Source: a phage. Taken from it: DNA of 64,000 nucleotides. Below are positions 19,973 through 28,961 of the stretch, one piece after another. The notes under the pieces are model-generated. The model did not search any database, had not been told where the DNA came from, and worked only from the letters and a program-made list of their open reading frames with translations. The position numbers were made by a program, and so were the translations under genes. How positions within the stretch are numbered: the first letter of the stretch is position 1; the number at the start of each line of letters is the position of its first letter. The stretch lies in sequence record PZ386969.1. One strand, 5' to 3'.

Positions 19973-20538
19973 TTACGTTCTCCGTAGAATTTAACGAACG
20001 GTTCCCAACCATCAAATGGATTGAGGAATTCGTAGTCCACTTTCATTTGGTCAATGAAAGCCTCTATATCGTCCTCTATGATACCAGCACGGTCGGCCTT
20101 TGAAATACGGGTGATAGGACATTTCGTACTCAGCGCCCATTCATATTCCTGAGGGGTACGCAGATCGCTCACGATATAATGGACGTGGGGGTTCTGCTCT
20201 ACCAGAGGAAGCTGGAAGCGCTTGAAGAATGCCAGGAACAGATCGGGTTGTACGTAACGCAAGCCCGTATCGCTGCCTAGATGAAGCCAGATCTGCCGTG
20301 GAGTTAAGCCCTTGGGGTTATCAGGGTGCACGTAAGGAACGTCCTTCACGGCATCCTCTACCTCCGCTGGGAGCCATGGGTAGATGTAGTTGGCCACACG
20401 GCGCAGTTCATCTGAGAACGAAAGGCGCTGGATGTCCATATCACCCTGTAGTTGGTGATAGCTGATGAGGGACTCCAAACAGAAGTCCTTACCGGAGCGT
20501 TTGCGCCCCGTAAAGAATTCAAGATTTGGGTACATCAT
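19969..20538 (-). CDS. deoxynucleoside monophosphate kinase (T4 gp1-like)
   Basis: N-terminal P-loop FTGRKRSGKD closely matches T4 gp1 (GVKRSGKD); 189 aa; GGAAGG RBS. Confidence 0.7.
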   Translation of the reverse strand: MMYPNLEFFTGRKRSGKDFCLESLISYHQLQGDMDIQRLSFSDELRRVANYIYPWLPAEVEDAVKDVPYVHPDNPKGLTPRQIWLHLGSDTGLRYVQPDLFLAFFKRFQLPLVEQNPHVHYIVSDLRTPQEYEWALSTKCPITRISKADRAGIIEDDIEAFIDQMKVDYEFLNPFDGWEPFVKFYGERK

Positions 20539-21581
20539 ACTACACCTTCCAGGAACTTAGGATCAACGATCTTGCGGTCAACCGGAGAATGGGTGAGCGC
20601 GGTGTTCAAGCCATGATCCTGAATCAGGTCCAGGTTAATGAGCTTTTCGTTCAGTTTGCAGTGCAGACAGTACGCCATCTGTACAATCAGGCCGCGATCC
20701 GCATCGTATTCCTTCAGGTGAGCAACCACAGTTTCCCACGGGCTACCGATATCACAGTGATGAAGCACACCAGTGAACAGATTGCGGATATGGTTCTGGT
20801 TGGTCACGTTCGTGAAGTGGATCATGGAGTTGATGAACCCAGCTTCTACTTTGGTGTCCTTCGTGATCTTGCCCAGCTGCTTCTGGCTGACTTCATTGTT
20901 GTAGTAATGAAGATTGTTAGAGAATAGCTTGTACTGACCGACATCAACATCTAACACCCGAGCAATCACTTCCTGAAGAATAGAGAACTCAATGAAGTTG
21001 ATTGAACTCATCCCCCACAGAACATCCTGTGAGCGATTGATGACCGTCAGGTTCAGACGACCTTCAACGATGGCGAACAACAGAGCCAGGTTACACACCA
21101 TGTCCTTAGTCTTTGCTTCGCCGCTCTCGCTGAACTTCGCCAGACCAGCATCCGAATCTAGAGCCGGGTCATAGATGGTGAGGTACGCCTGACGAGTGTT
21201 TGGGTTCTTGCGCAGGCGGTTGATAACGCTATCCAGCTGGCCATGGGCGTACAGACGCGGACCATAAGCAGCTCGCCATGTTACCCCATCATCCGAAAAG
21301 TTAGCAGCGCGAGGCAATACGCGTGACAGGAACTTTATGTCGTTGCGGCCTGACAACACCCAGAAGGTCTCGCCGATGGCAGCGATAGCCGATGAGTTGC
21401 GACCTTCAACGGAGAGCCAGCGGTCACGAATATCGGAAACAGTGATAGTCACACCATCAAGGAAGCGGGTGCTATCAGTATTGATTTCAGCATTACCAGG
21501 ATCAGATTCGATCCCGAATTCACGGATAGCCAAGACAGCCTGCTTCAGCATGTCATTGTTGTTAATTGCTTTGATTTCCAT
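20535..21581 (-). CDS. thymidylate synthase-family enzyme (ThyA-like or dUMP hydroxymethylase)
   Basis: TS-fold motifs: NPNTRQAYLTIYDP, catalytic-Cys region MVCNLALLF (PCH-like), INRSQDV, and pyrimidine-specificity Asn in GMSSINF. Confidence 0.75.
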   Translation of the reverse strand: MEIKAINNNDMLKQAVLAIREFGIESDPGNAEINTDSTRFLDGVTITVSDIRDRWLSVEGRNSSAIAAIGETFWVLSGRNDIKFLSRVLPRAANFSDDGVTWRAAYGPRLYAHGQLDSVINRLRKNPNTRQAYLTIYDPALDSDAGLAKFSESGEAKTKDMVCNLALLFAIVEGRLNLTVINRSQDVLWGMSSINFIEFSILQEVIARVLDVDVGQYKLFSNNLHYYNNEVSQKQLGKITKDTKVEAGFINSMIHFTNVTNQNHIRNLFTGVLHHCDIGSPWETVVAHLKEYDADRGLIVQMAYCLHCKLNEKLINLDLIQDHGLNTALTHSPVDRKIVDPKFLEGVV

Positions 21582-22240
21582 CAGATACTCCCAAAATCAC
21601 GACAGAGGAATGCCATCACAGCCTGGTCTACCGTTAGGCCGTGAGACTTCATCATACCCGCAGCCACCGTAGGGAACAAGTCTTTATGTCGTTGACGATG
21701 GTCATGAACTCTCTCCCACTTCTCGACCACCAGACTTTCATTGAAGTCCACACCGCCGTTACGTGATTTAACGCGGGTGATACACGTTTCAAGAGGAGTG
21801 TCCATAAAGAGCACAACCAATTCACGTGGTGGGCGTGTCAGACGGGGGATCCAAGAACTCAATAATGTGGATGGAATGATACCTTCGAAAATCACATCAT
21901 ATTTCAAGTATTCTGGTTGGTCAGCAATAGACAACGCGAACAACATCTGCTCAGTGTCCTTCAGGGAATCAACCCCCTTGGACTTCGACTTGTCATATTT
22001 ACCGATACAGACCACGTTGAACGAAGGACAGACAGTCAGCATGACCTTGCCATTATGGGTCACGACATACGCCTGAGGATCCCTCTCCGCCAGCTGAGAC
22101 GGCACAGTGGATTTACCGCTACCATTGGAGCCTTTGACGTAGTAGATTTGCCCTCGTGCTGGGTAGATCCCCTTTACGACGGGTGGTTTAAAGAATGTGT
22201 GGACGGGGCGCTTCATCAACCCCTTCAGGGAGTAGGACAT
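21581..22240 (-). CDS. P-loop kinase (candidate nucleotide or DNA-base kinase)
   Basis: Walker A YYVKGSNGSGKST; start moved to ATG (MSYSLKG) with GGAG RBS; stop overlaps the TS-family gene start. Confidence 0.55.
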   Translation of the reverse strand: MSYSLKGLMKRPVHTFFKPPVVKGIYPARGQIYYVKGSNGSGKSTVPSQLAERDPQAYVVTHNGKVMLTVCPSFNVVCIGKYDKSKSKGVDSLKDTEQMLFALSIADQPEYLKYDVIFEGIIPSTLLSSWIPRLTRPPRELVVLFMDTPLETCITRVKSRNGGVDFNESLVVEKWERVHDHRQRHKDLFPTVAAGMMKSHGLTVDQAVMAFLCRDFGSI

Positions 22241-22249
22241 AAACTGCTC

Positions 22250-22285
22250 CAATAAACAAAAGGAGCTGCTATTATAGCAGCCCCT
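22250..22285 (-). terminator. intrinsic terminator
   Basis: Minus strand GGGGCTGCTATAATAGCAGCTCC followed by TTTTGTTTATT. Confidence 0.55.
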
Positions 22286-22314
22286 TCATCTTTTGAACAG
22301 TTTCTGAACTTAAA

Positions 22315-23154
22315 TTACGCAGCAGCTTTCGCTTCAGCCAGAGCCTGTGGAAGCCATTCATTGATCGCCTTAACCAGAGACTCAGCATCAGACTCTTTGA
22401 TCTTCTGACGTTTGGTGAAGGACTTGCCGTTCACGTACAGACTGAAGCCCCAGCCACCGGAAACGATAGGCGCAACGTCGACATACGTATTGGTGCGGGC
22501 GTGAAGGTTTTCAGGGTTAGCCAGTTCGGTGACCGGGAACTGGAACCAACGCATGTCTGGGTTCACGTAGCTCAGGAACACGCCGGGGACAACACCAGCT
22601 TCAATCGCCGCCAAGACCGGACCGTGATTAGAAGCGCGAGCCAAGTCAACCATTTCCTCACGTTTGGTGTGACGGCGTTTACGCTCTACCAGCGCTGCCT
22701 GCGGGGTCAGGGTCTTACCCTTCGATGCTTCTTTCAGCATAGAAGACGCTAAGGAACCGATTTTCGCGTCGGACGGCTGATTGCCTTCTTCCAGCGCCGC
22801 GTTGACTGCATCTTTAACCGCGTCTACCGGGGCGTCGGACACTGGGGCTTCACATGCATCGGCAGAGATCGGTGCTTCAGCATCAACGGTTTCAGCGACT
22901 TTCAGGGATACTTCAGCTTGGGCTTGCTCTTGGGCTTGCGCCAGAGCCTGCTGAGTTTCTTCCTTCTCTTCGGCGCTCAGACCTTCAATCAGTTCGAAGC
23001 CGTTGGCAGCCTGAAGAACACCTTCAACCATACGGCGCAGGGTAACGTTTCCGATGACCAGACCTGCTTCTTTGATTTCAGCCTGAATAGCAGCAACGTC
23101 TTTGCCTTCAATTTCAATTTTGGTTCCAGAATCCACATGAAGAATATATGACAT
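22315..23154 (-). CDS. hypothetical protein
   Basis: 279 aa with acidic, Ala-rich central linker; driven by an early promoter and followed by an intrinsic terminator. Confidence 0.45.
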   Translation of the reverse strand: MSYILHVDSGTKIEIEGKDVAAIQAEIKEAGLVIGNVTLRRMVEGVLQAANGFELIEGLSAEEKEETQQALAQAQEQAQAEVSLKVAETVDAEAPISADACEAPVSDAPVDAVKDAVNAALEEGNQPSDAKIGSLASSMLKEASKGKTLTPQAALVERKRRHTKREEMVDLARASNHGPVLAAIEAGVVPGVFLSYVNPDMRWFQFPVTELANPENLHARTNTYVDVAPIVSGGWGFSLYVNGKSFTKRQKIKESDAESLVKAINEWLPQALAEAKAAA

Positions 23155-23224
23155 AATAAAAACCCTTTCGTTATTAAGACCGTATCCGCGGCATATTGTT
23201 GTTCTGACTGTGTAGTGAGAACAT

Positions 23225-23252
23225 AATATACTGCATTTTCATAGATGTAAAC
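23225..23252 (-). promoter_or_regulatory. early promoter E (-35 GTTTAC, 16-nt spacer, -10 TATATT)
   Basis: Minus strand AAAGTAGTTTACATCTATGAAAATGCAGTATATT upstream of the gene starting at 23154. Confidence 0.45.
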
Positions 23253-23343
23253 TACTTTTTATTGAAAAGAAAGTTAACACCTTAGTGTTATAAGGTGCGC
23301 GACCAAGCGGAGCGCGAACTTGCGTGAATATTAACTTTCTACG

Positions 23344-23619
23344 TCAATATAGAAAAACCATTTCCGGCGGCCAACAATTTGTTAGCTCGACTTTTGCGAA
23401 CCGTGGTTGGCAGTACGCATCAACCGACTCATCAAACAGACAGTGTTCTACATTTGCAATCATCAGATCATCATCCACCACTTCAACAGAATGGACAATG
23501 ATCTTGTGGTCATACGTCAGGCAACCGTCTAAATGCATGTTGTCGGCGCGGAGGTGTTGCATGATGAAATACTCTATGATCGACTCAAGGACAGTCGTCA
23601 GCTTCAGATAACGTTTCAT
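23344..23619 (-). CDS. hypothetical protein
   Basis: Start moved to ATG (MKRYLKL) with GAGAGG RBS. Confidence 0.4.
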   Translation of the reverse strand: MKRYLKLTTVLESIIEYFIMQHLRADNMHLDGCLTYDHKIIVHSVEVVDDDLMIANVEHCLFDESVDAYCQPRFAKVELTNCWPPEMVFLY

Positions 23620-23639
23620 ACACACCTCTCACAGTGGAG

Positions 23640-24389
23640 TTATTTGGACAGGTAGAAGTTTGGAACTTCAGGGAAATGCTCTGGTAGATATCCCACCAGA
23701 ACATCCTGTTTCACCTTCCCTTCGATATCTTCGCGGATACGACGAATCACTTCTTCCTGTTGTTCTGCTGCCATCACTTCTTCCATGGCTGAGTACAAGT
23801 TTTCTAGAATGGCACCTACGTAGTTGTGGATGGCACGACAGGAGTTCTGATCATACTCCATATCCGGATGAATCGCCAGGTCGACCTGATCACGCCCTAC
23901 CAGCAGATGCCCAGACACCAGATTTATCGGGTGTTTGAATACTTCACTAGATTTGACAGCAACTCCGTCAGCTTGCTTCAGCAGGAATTCGGTTTCAGAG
24001 AAGCGTTCAAGCAGTTCCGATGGGAATACCATATCGAGATTCTGACGCTTGCGACCAAAGAAGTATAGACAATGCGCCAGCTTCAGGCAAGCCTCTGTCG
24101 CCATCTTCATATGCGCTTTGGCATGTTCATATCCAGCGATCACATCACGGACATAATCGTACAGGTCGGCATGACCAAAACGAATGTCTTCGCTGAACTG
24201 AATTGCGGTTTCGCTGTCTTCTTTCAGACCCAGCGCGTCGAAGATATTGTGTTCACGGACAGATCTGCCATTGCGATCGAACCCCAGGACGCAACCGACT
24301 TCGAACCCGCTCTTTTCAAAGTTTGGGAGTTTCATTTCAAGACGGGCTGGCGTAAACTCCAGACCGAACAAACGATACATTTGTGACAT
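23640..24389 (-). CDS. hypothetical protein
   Basis: 249-aa ORF with GAGG RBS; contains an HxD (FGHADL) segment and downstream His residues but no confident fold assignment. Confidence 0.45.
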   Translation of the reverse strand: MSQMYRLFGLEFTPARLEMKLPNFEKSGFEVGCVLGFDRNGRSVREHNIFDALGLKEDSETAIQFSEDIRFGHADLYDYVRDVIAGYEHAKAHMKMATEACLKLAHCLYFFGRKRQNLDMVFPSELLERFSETEFLLKQADGVAVKSSEVFKHPINLVSGHLLVGRDQVDLAIHPDMEYDQNSCRAIHNYVGAILENLYSAMEEVMAAEQQEEVIRRIREDIEGKVKQDVLVGYLPEHFPEVPNFYLSK

Positions 24390-24452
24390 GTTATAGCCTC
24401 ATTGTTGAAGGATTACCCGTTCACGAATTATCCCTCGGAACAGGTTATAGAA

Positions 24453-25157
24453 CTATTTCTTCTTATGCATACGACGTGCATCTTTCCACACAGACATCTG
24501 GCTCTGTTTCTGGAAGCGAGCCGTGCGCATGAAGAGAACGATCTCCCAGTACTGTGGTTCAATCTCGTAAAGCTGTGAACGGAACTGATCGGCGCGGTAC
24601 AGCTTCACACAGTGATTGTACAGCGGATGGTTGGCGAAGCGCTTCAGGGCTTCCCAGGTGAGCTTCAGACGCGTCTTTGAGCGGTATGCCCGTTCGTTAC
24701 GCAACTTAATCAGATCCTCAAACACCAACAGCCTGAGCTTCGGTGGCAGGTAGTGCATGTTGAGTCCCCAGAGGTATGTCACACCCTTCTCTCCAAAGGT
24801 GATACCATCACCCTTGACAAAGTTGAAGAAGAACACCAGAGGGTACATATCCCAGTAGGGTAGTTCATTCTTCGTCAGAGCATCATATTTGAAATAGAAC
24901 ATACGCCCGACTATATACCGCACACCTTGTACCGGACGTTTGTGATCAGCAAACGCCTGTTTCATATGGTTGGGATTCAGGTTGGCGTCCTTAGACACAC
25001 GCTCCATGAACCACACATGCGAACGGCGGATGTTACGCTTCGCCTCTGGACCGAAGTGTTGACGGTACTTGCGGATGTAACGCTTGACCAGCTCGGGGGC
25101 GTCCATCTCGGCCGGAAACAGCAACGGATCTTCTTCGCCAGCTGCATTCTTTGCCAT
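24453..25157 (-). CDS. hypothetical protein
   Basis: 234-aa ORF with AGGAG RBS; aromatic-rich core, basic C-terminus. Confidence 0.45.
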   Translation of the reverse strand: MAKNAAGEEDPLLFPAEMDAPELVKRYIRKYRQHFGPEAKRNIRRSHVWFMERVSKDANLNPNHMKQAFADHKRPVQGVRYIVGRMFYFKYDALTKNELPYWDMYPLVFFFNFVKGDGITFGEKGVTYLWGLNMHYLPPKLRLLVFEDLIKLRNERAYRSKTRLKLTWEALKRFANHPLYNHCVKLYRADQFRSQLYEIEPQYWEIVLFMRTARFQKQSQMSVWKDARRMHKKK

Positions 25158-25168
25158 TTGTCAACTCC

Positions 25169-25176
25169 TATAAATA
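25169..25176 (+). promoter_or_regulatory. T4-type late promoter box TATAAATA
   Basis: Exact TATAAATA about 35 nt upstream of the GTG start at 25211. Confidence 0.5.
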
Positions 25177-25210
25177 ATAACAGTTATTTTATTTAAGTGG
25201 AGTCCTCACC

Positions 25211-26155
25211 GTGGAAGACTATCGCAATTTTATCACACAGATATTACAGCGGGGCTTGTCGCGCAAGAACCGCTTCAGAGTGACCATCCCTCTACCACCA
25301 GGGATCTTTGACTCCAATGCCACTCTGGCTAATGACGGAAAGGCGTACAGAACCAATTCATCTTTCGGTGACTTGTTTAAGCAGTCAGCCCGTATTGTAA
25401 ACGCTTTCTTTGGAGGGACAAACCAGACGTCCCGTTCCCTTCAGATGATGTGTATGGTTGCCTCATTGCCAGGGGTTGGTATCGACACCACTCCAATGAC
25501 AAGCAACGGTAATCACATCAAGATGCCGAACAACAAGTCCAACGTCGACCTCGACTTGTCATTCTTATTAGCCAATGACTATTATGAGAAGTCTGTGATG
25601 GACAAGTGGAAGAGTCTGATCTTTGATCCACACACCACCAAAATGGGATATTACGAAGACTTCGTGACTGACATATGCATTGAACAGCTTGACACCGAAG
25701 ATCAAGTGGTCCACCGCGTCTACATCGTCGAGGCTCACCCAATAAATTTCAGTTCTATTGAGCTGGATAAAGGTGCCACAGACCAGTTCAACCAGTACAA
25801 CATTTCTTTCTCTTACAACAAAGTGCTTTCGGAGACAGAATATGAAACACGCAGCCTTTCCAGCGATTTTCTTCCTCTCGGTATTGCTGACGCTCTTACC
25901 AGTGGTGACTGGGAAACTGCGGCCTCAAAAGCCGGACAGCTTTATCGCAAGGTGAAAGAAGGGAACTTCACAGGAGAGGCTCTCCTGGCTTACAAACAGC
26001 TTGACCAACTTGTAAACAACCTGGCTGGGATAAGCATACAGGACTTCGAGCGCATCTCGGTAGGTATCTCTCGTGACATCATGGGCAACGATAACCTGAC
26101 GGCGGCGGAGAAGACAAGCCTGTTGGGGATATTGAAAGACGTGATGGGAAAATAA
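25211..26155 (+). CDS. late protein, probably virion structural
   Basis: GTG start preceded by GGAG; exact TATAAATA box about 35 nt upstream; 314 aa. Confidence 0.45.
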   Translation: MEDYRNFITQILQRGLSRKNRFRVTIPLPPGIFDSNATLANDGKAYRTNSSFGDLFKQSARIVNAFFGGTNQTSRSLQMMCMVASLPGVGIDTTPMTSNGNHIKMPNNKSNVDLDLSFLLANDYYEKSVMDKWKSLIFDPHTTKMGYYEDFVTDICIEQLDTEDQVVHRVYIVEAHPINFSSIELDKGATDQFNQYNISFSYNKVLSETEYETRSLSSDFLPLGIADALTSGDWETAASKAGQLYRKVKEGNFTGEALLAYKQLDQLVNNLAGISIQDFERISVGISRDIMGNDNLTAAEKTSLLGILKDVMGK

Positions 26156-26180
26156 AAAGCCATCCGAAGATGGCTTGTTT
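26156..26180. terminator. bidirectional intrinsic terminator between convergent genes
   Basis: Hairpin AAAGCCATC-TTCG-GATGGCTT flanked by A-run on one side and T-run on the other. Confidence 0.6.
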
Positions 26181-26182
26181 GA

Positions 26183-27193
26183 TCAGTTAGACTTGAGATA
26201 CTGCTCGAATTCATCAATGGTAGCCGTGTTTCTGGCATCCGGTTGAGTCTGAGCCTGCGACGGCGCGGCCTGTTGCTGTTTCAGGCTGTCTTGAGCAGTT
26301 GGCTGATGTGTAGTCTGGGTGCTAGGAGCATGAGCCATCGTGGCTGCACCACCTTCAACCAGAGGCTGGTCATCAGGAATTGCCAGAACTTTGCGCAGGC
26401 GCTTTTCCAGGGTGTCGTAGTCTTTGAAGTTAGCCGGATTGAAGAATTCAAACAGGCTATGCTCACGAGACCAGACGTCTTCCATATACGCTTCGTCATC
26501 ACTCAGCGGGGCAGGGTTCTCCCACACCACCTTACTGAAGTTTGCCACCAGACCTTCCCAGTTCCCAAACTTCTTCTGCTCGCCAAAGAGCTTCAGGTTC
26601 AGGTTGGCACCTTCCCACAGATCGAACGGATCGAATTTAGGGTCGGTTGGGAACTTAGGATTCTGCGCCTGATCCAGGATTTTCTTGATGGCGTTACCAA
26701 ATTTCAACAGGAAGACCTTGCCGTTGTTTTCCGGTACGTTGACATCTTTGATCACCAGAATGTTAGCGTAGTAATCGGTGTTGGGTAGACGTTTCTTCAG
26801 GATGTCCTTCAGCTTTTCGTCGTTCGTTTCTTTCTGCTGCGCCCACAGCGGACGGTCATGGTCGCGCACCGGATCGTCGTTGCCGAACGTCTGAGGTGAG
26901 TTCTCAATGTACCAACCACCAGGTCCTTGGAACTGATGCTTCATGATCATGGCACAAGGGGTGAGGATCTGATCTTTATCGATCGTCCCTTCTTCCTGTG
27001 CCTTGAGGTCTACCAGCGGGACTGGCAGGAAGCGGATGATATTCTCGGAGATACCATCTTTGTTCCAAGTCCATTTCCAGATGCGAGGATCCTTCTGGAA
27101 ACCGGACTTCTGGCCTTGCTGTGCAAGACGCGCCTGCATTGCTTCAGTTTGCTGGCCACGAGATGCTTTCAGACGATCGAATAAATTACCCAT
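26183..27193 (-). CDS. single-stranded DNA-binding protein (T4 gp32-like)
   Basis: Segment RIWKWTWNKDGISENIIRFLPVP parallels the T4 gp32 N-terminal core; acidic Q/A-rich C-terminal tail; 336 aa. Confidence 0.8.
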   Translation of the reverse strand: MGNLFDRLKASRGQQTEAMQARLAQQGQKSGFQKDPRIWKWTWNKDGISENIIRFLPVPLVDLKAQEEGTIDKDQILTPCAMIMKHQFQGPGGWYIENSPQTFGNDDPVRDHDRPLWAQQKETNDEKLKDILKKRLPNTDYYANILVIKDVNVPENNGKVFLLKFGNAIKKILDQAQNPKFPTDPKFDPFDLWEGANLNLKLFGEQKKFGNWEGLVANFSKVVWENPAPLSDDEAYMEDVWSREHSLFEFFNPANFKDYDTLEKRLRKVLAIPDDQPLVEGGAATMAHAPSTQTTHQPTAQDSLKQQQAAPSQAQTQPDARNTATIDEFEQYLKSN

Positions 27194-27291
27194 TTCTTAA
27201 TTTCCTCTGTTTCCGCCCCTCAGGGCTATTCTGTTACATGTATTTCAGTTTGCTACAAAGCGGGGTAATTATACCCCGATCTTACATTGAA

Positions 27292-27531
27292 TTAACCTTT
27301 AAGCACTTGATTTGCTGGGTCAATTTCAATAATGTCGAACACGTCCGAAAACGTCTTCTTGCCTTCGTCGTGCGTGTGATACTCAACGACATATGAGCGA
27401 CCATCAGGGGTAACGTAACGAATACGATCCGTCTGGTCGGCATGCTCGTTCAGGCTACCCACACGCCAGCGCATAGAGCCAGGAAGGAATTCGGAGGCTT
27501 TCATTGCGCTGTAAATTGATTCTTTGCTCAT
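27292..27531 (-). CDS. hypothetical protein
   Basis: 79-aa ORF. Confidence 0.4.
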   Translation of the reverse strand: MSKESIYSAMKASEFLPGSMRWRVGSLNEHADQTDRIRYVTPDGRSYVVEYHTHDEGKKTFSDVFDIIEIDPANQVLKG

Positions 27532-27538
27532 AATAGAC

Positions 27539-27784
27539 CTACACTAATTTCTTAGACTTTAGCGCGTCTTTGATCAGGCGCGCATCGGAGCACTCAGCTG
27601 TCAGTCGTGACAACAATGGTGCTGTAATCATCTTTTTGACTTTGGTCTCGTCTATGTCGTTCTCTTCACAGACAGCTGCCAGAGTCTCAAGGATACTATC
27701 CTTGGTTTGGGCGGCGCGTAGTAGGACGATTTCAGAAAATAATTCTGGTGTCATCACAAGCGCTGGCTGTTTTTCGTCAGACAT
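27539..27784 (-). CDS. hypothetical protein
   Basis: 81-aa ORF overlapping the upstream gene stop. Confidence 0.4.
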   Translation of the reverse strand: MSDEKQPALVMTPELFSEIVLLRAAQTKDSILETLAAVCEENDIDETKVKKMITAPLLSRLTAECSDARLIKDALKSKKLV

Positions 27785-28022
27785 CGATTGTGTTCCCCTT
27801 ACCCGAACCCTTCTTTATCGTACGCAAGACGTCCTTGAAGCCGTCTGGAGCTGATTGTGGTCCCTTCACCCCAGAGACAATCTTGGGAGCACCCACGATC
27901 ATTTTAATCTCCCCTCCGCACTCAGTGCAAGGGTTGGATTCAGGCTCATGGCGATCTGCAATAGATTTACGCAGTGTCATCGCGTTACCACAGCCCTTGC
28001 ATTGATAATCATACAGCGGCAT
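27777..28022 (-). CDS. zinc-ribbon protein (FmdB-like)
   Basis: MPLYDYQCKGCG...CTECGG: paired CxxC motifs with an N-terminal YxYxC signature. Confidence 0.5.
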   Translation of the reverse strand: MPLYDYQCKGCGNAMTLRKSIADRHEPESNPCTECGGEIKMIVGAPKIVSGVKGPQSAPDGFKDVLRTIKKGSGKGNTIDV

Positions 28023-28323
28023 GGAACACCCCCACGGTTGTCAGTACGAAACGCACCATAATGATAACCAGCAACATCACTGTAGAAAACACTACACGCT
28101 TGATCATTTTATCGCGCATGTGGATGAACTGATATGAGAGGATAGCCTCGGCCTGTTGATCGGCACGAACGTTCGTGTCACGATGTGGGGACAGCGTGTA
28201 GAAGTTGATCTGGTACACATACGCATGAACCAGAGTGAAGAACGACTTCACCCAGACCAAGACAACCACTAACAACAAAGCGAACGTCAGGAAGTTCGCC
28301 AACAACCAATAATCGACCATCAT
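28009..28323 (-). CDS. membrane protein (hypothetical)
   Basis: Hydrophobic helices (YWLLANFLTFALLLVVVLVWV; VVFSTVMLLVIIMVRFVL). Confidence 0.4.
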   Translation of the reverse strand: MMVDYWLLANFLTFALLLVVVLVWVKSFFTLVHAYVYQINFYTLSPHRDTNVRADQQAEAILSYQFIHMRDKMIKRVVFSTVMLLVIIMVRFVLTTVGVFHAAV

Positions 28324-28910
28324 ATACCTCTGTTGAAGTCTGGATTATTCTCAATGAAGTAAGAGCCACAAGCCATTATCGCAAACGAATCCACGAGGTC
28401 ATCGATTGGCTTAGGATCCTTAACTTCCAACATATCCATTATACCGCGCATATTAACATTGAACAGCGACTCGAAGTGAGCGATCATGGCGTGTTTATCC
28501 GCGTTGCCCTTGTCGGTGAACATCTTCTTCACATGGGATGGCGTCACGATCTGGAAGTCGAAATTGTTACGGCGCAGGGCTTGCTTCAACAGTGAGGTAT
28601 TCTCTGCGGTCTGGCATATGTTGTTGGAGTTCTTAGAGTTGCCCATAGCATACCCTTCAAGAGTGATCACATCCGGCTTCTCAGTCAACAGGACAGCCTC
28701 AGCCCATTTACAGATGTTATAGAAGCGTTCTTCTGGGGTCTCCCACTTCGGTTGCTTCATGATAAGGATATTCTGACGAATCTGAGTGCAGTACTTCTCC
28801 ACAGTATAATATGCGTAGAAGCGCAGATGATCAAAATCAAGAGGGTCTTTGTCATCCCAGAAGCACAGGGATGGACAGCCATAGGAGTAGTCGATTCCGC
28901 AATATTTCAT
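28320..28910 (-). CDS. RuvC-like Holliday junction resolvase (RNase H fold)
   Basis: N-terminal GIDYSYG (RuvC GIDxG-like), ITLEGYAM, and C-terminal DDLVDSFAIMACG acidic motifs in RuvC-like spacing. Confidence 0.5.
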   Translation of the reverse strand: MKYCGIDYSYGCPSLCFWDDKDPLDFDHLRFYAYYTVEKYCTQIRQNILIMKQPKWETPEERFYNICKWAEAVLLTEKPDVITLEGYAMGNSKNSNNICQTAENTSLLKQALRRNNFDFQIVTPSHVKKMFTDKGNADKHAMIAHFESLFNVNMRGIMDMLEVKDPKPIDDLVDSFAIMACGSYFIENNPDFNRGI

Positions 28911-28961
28911 GTAAATAGCCCATAACGAAGTTTCATTGGTGTATGGGCTATTTACGCCGGG

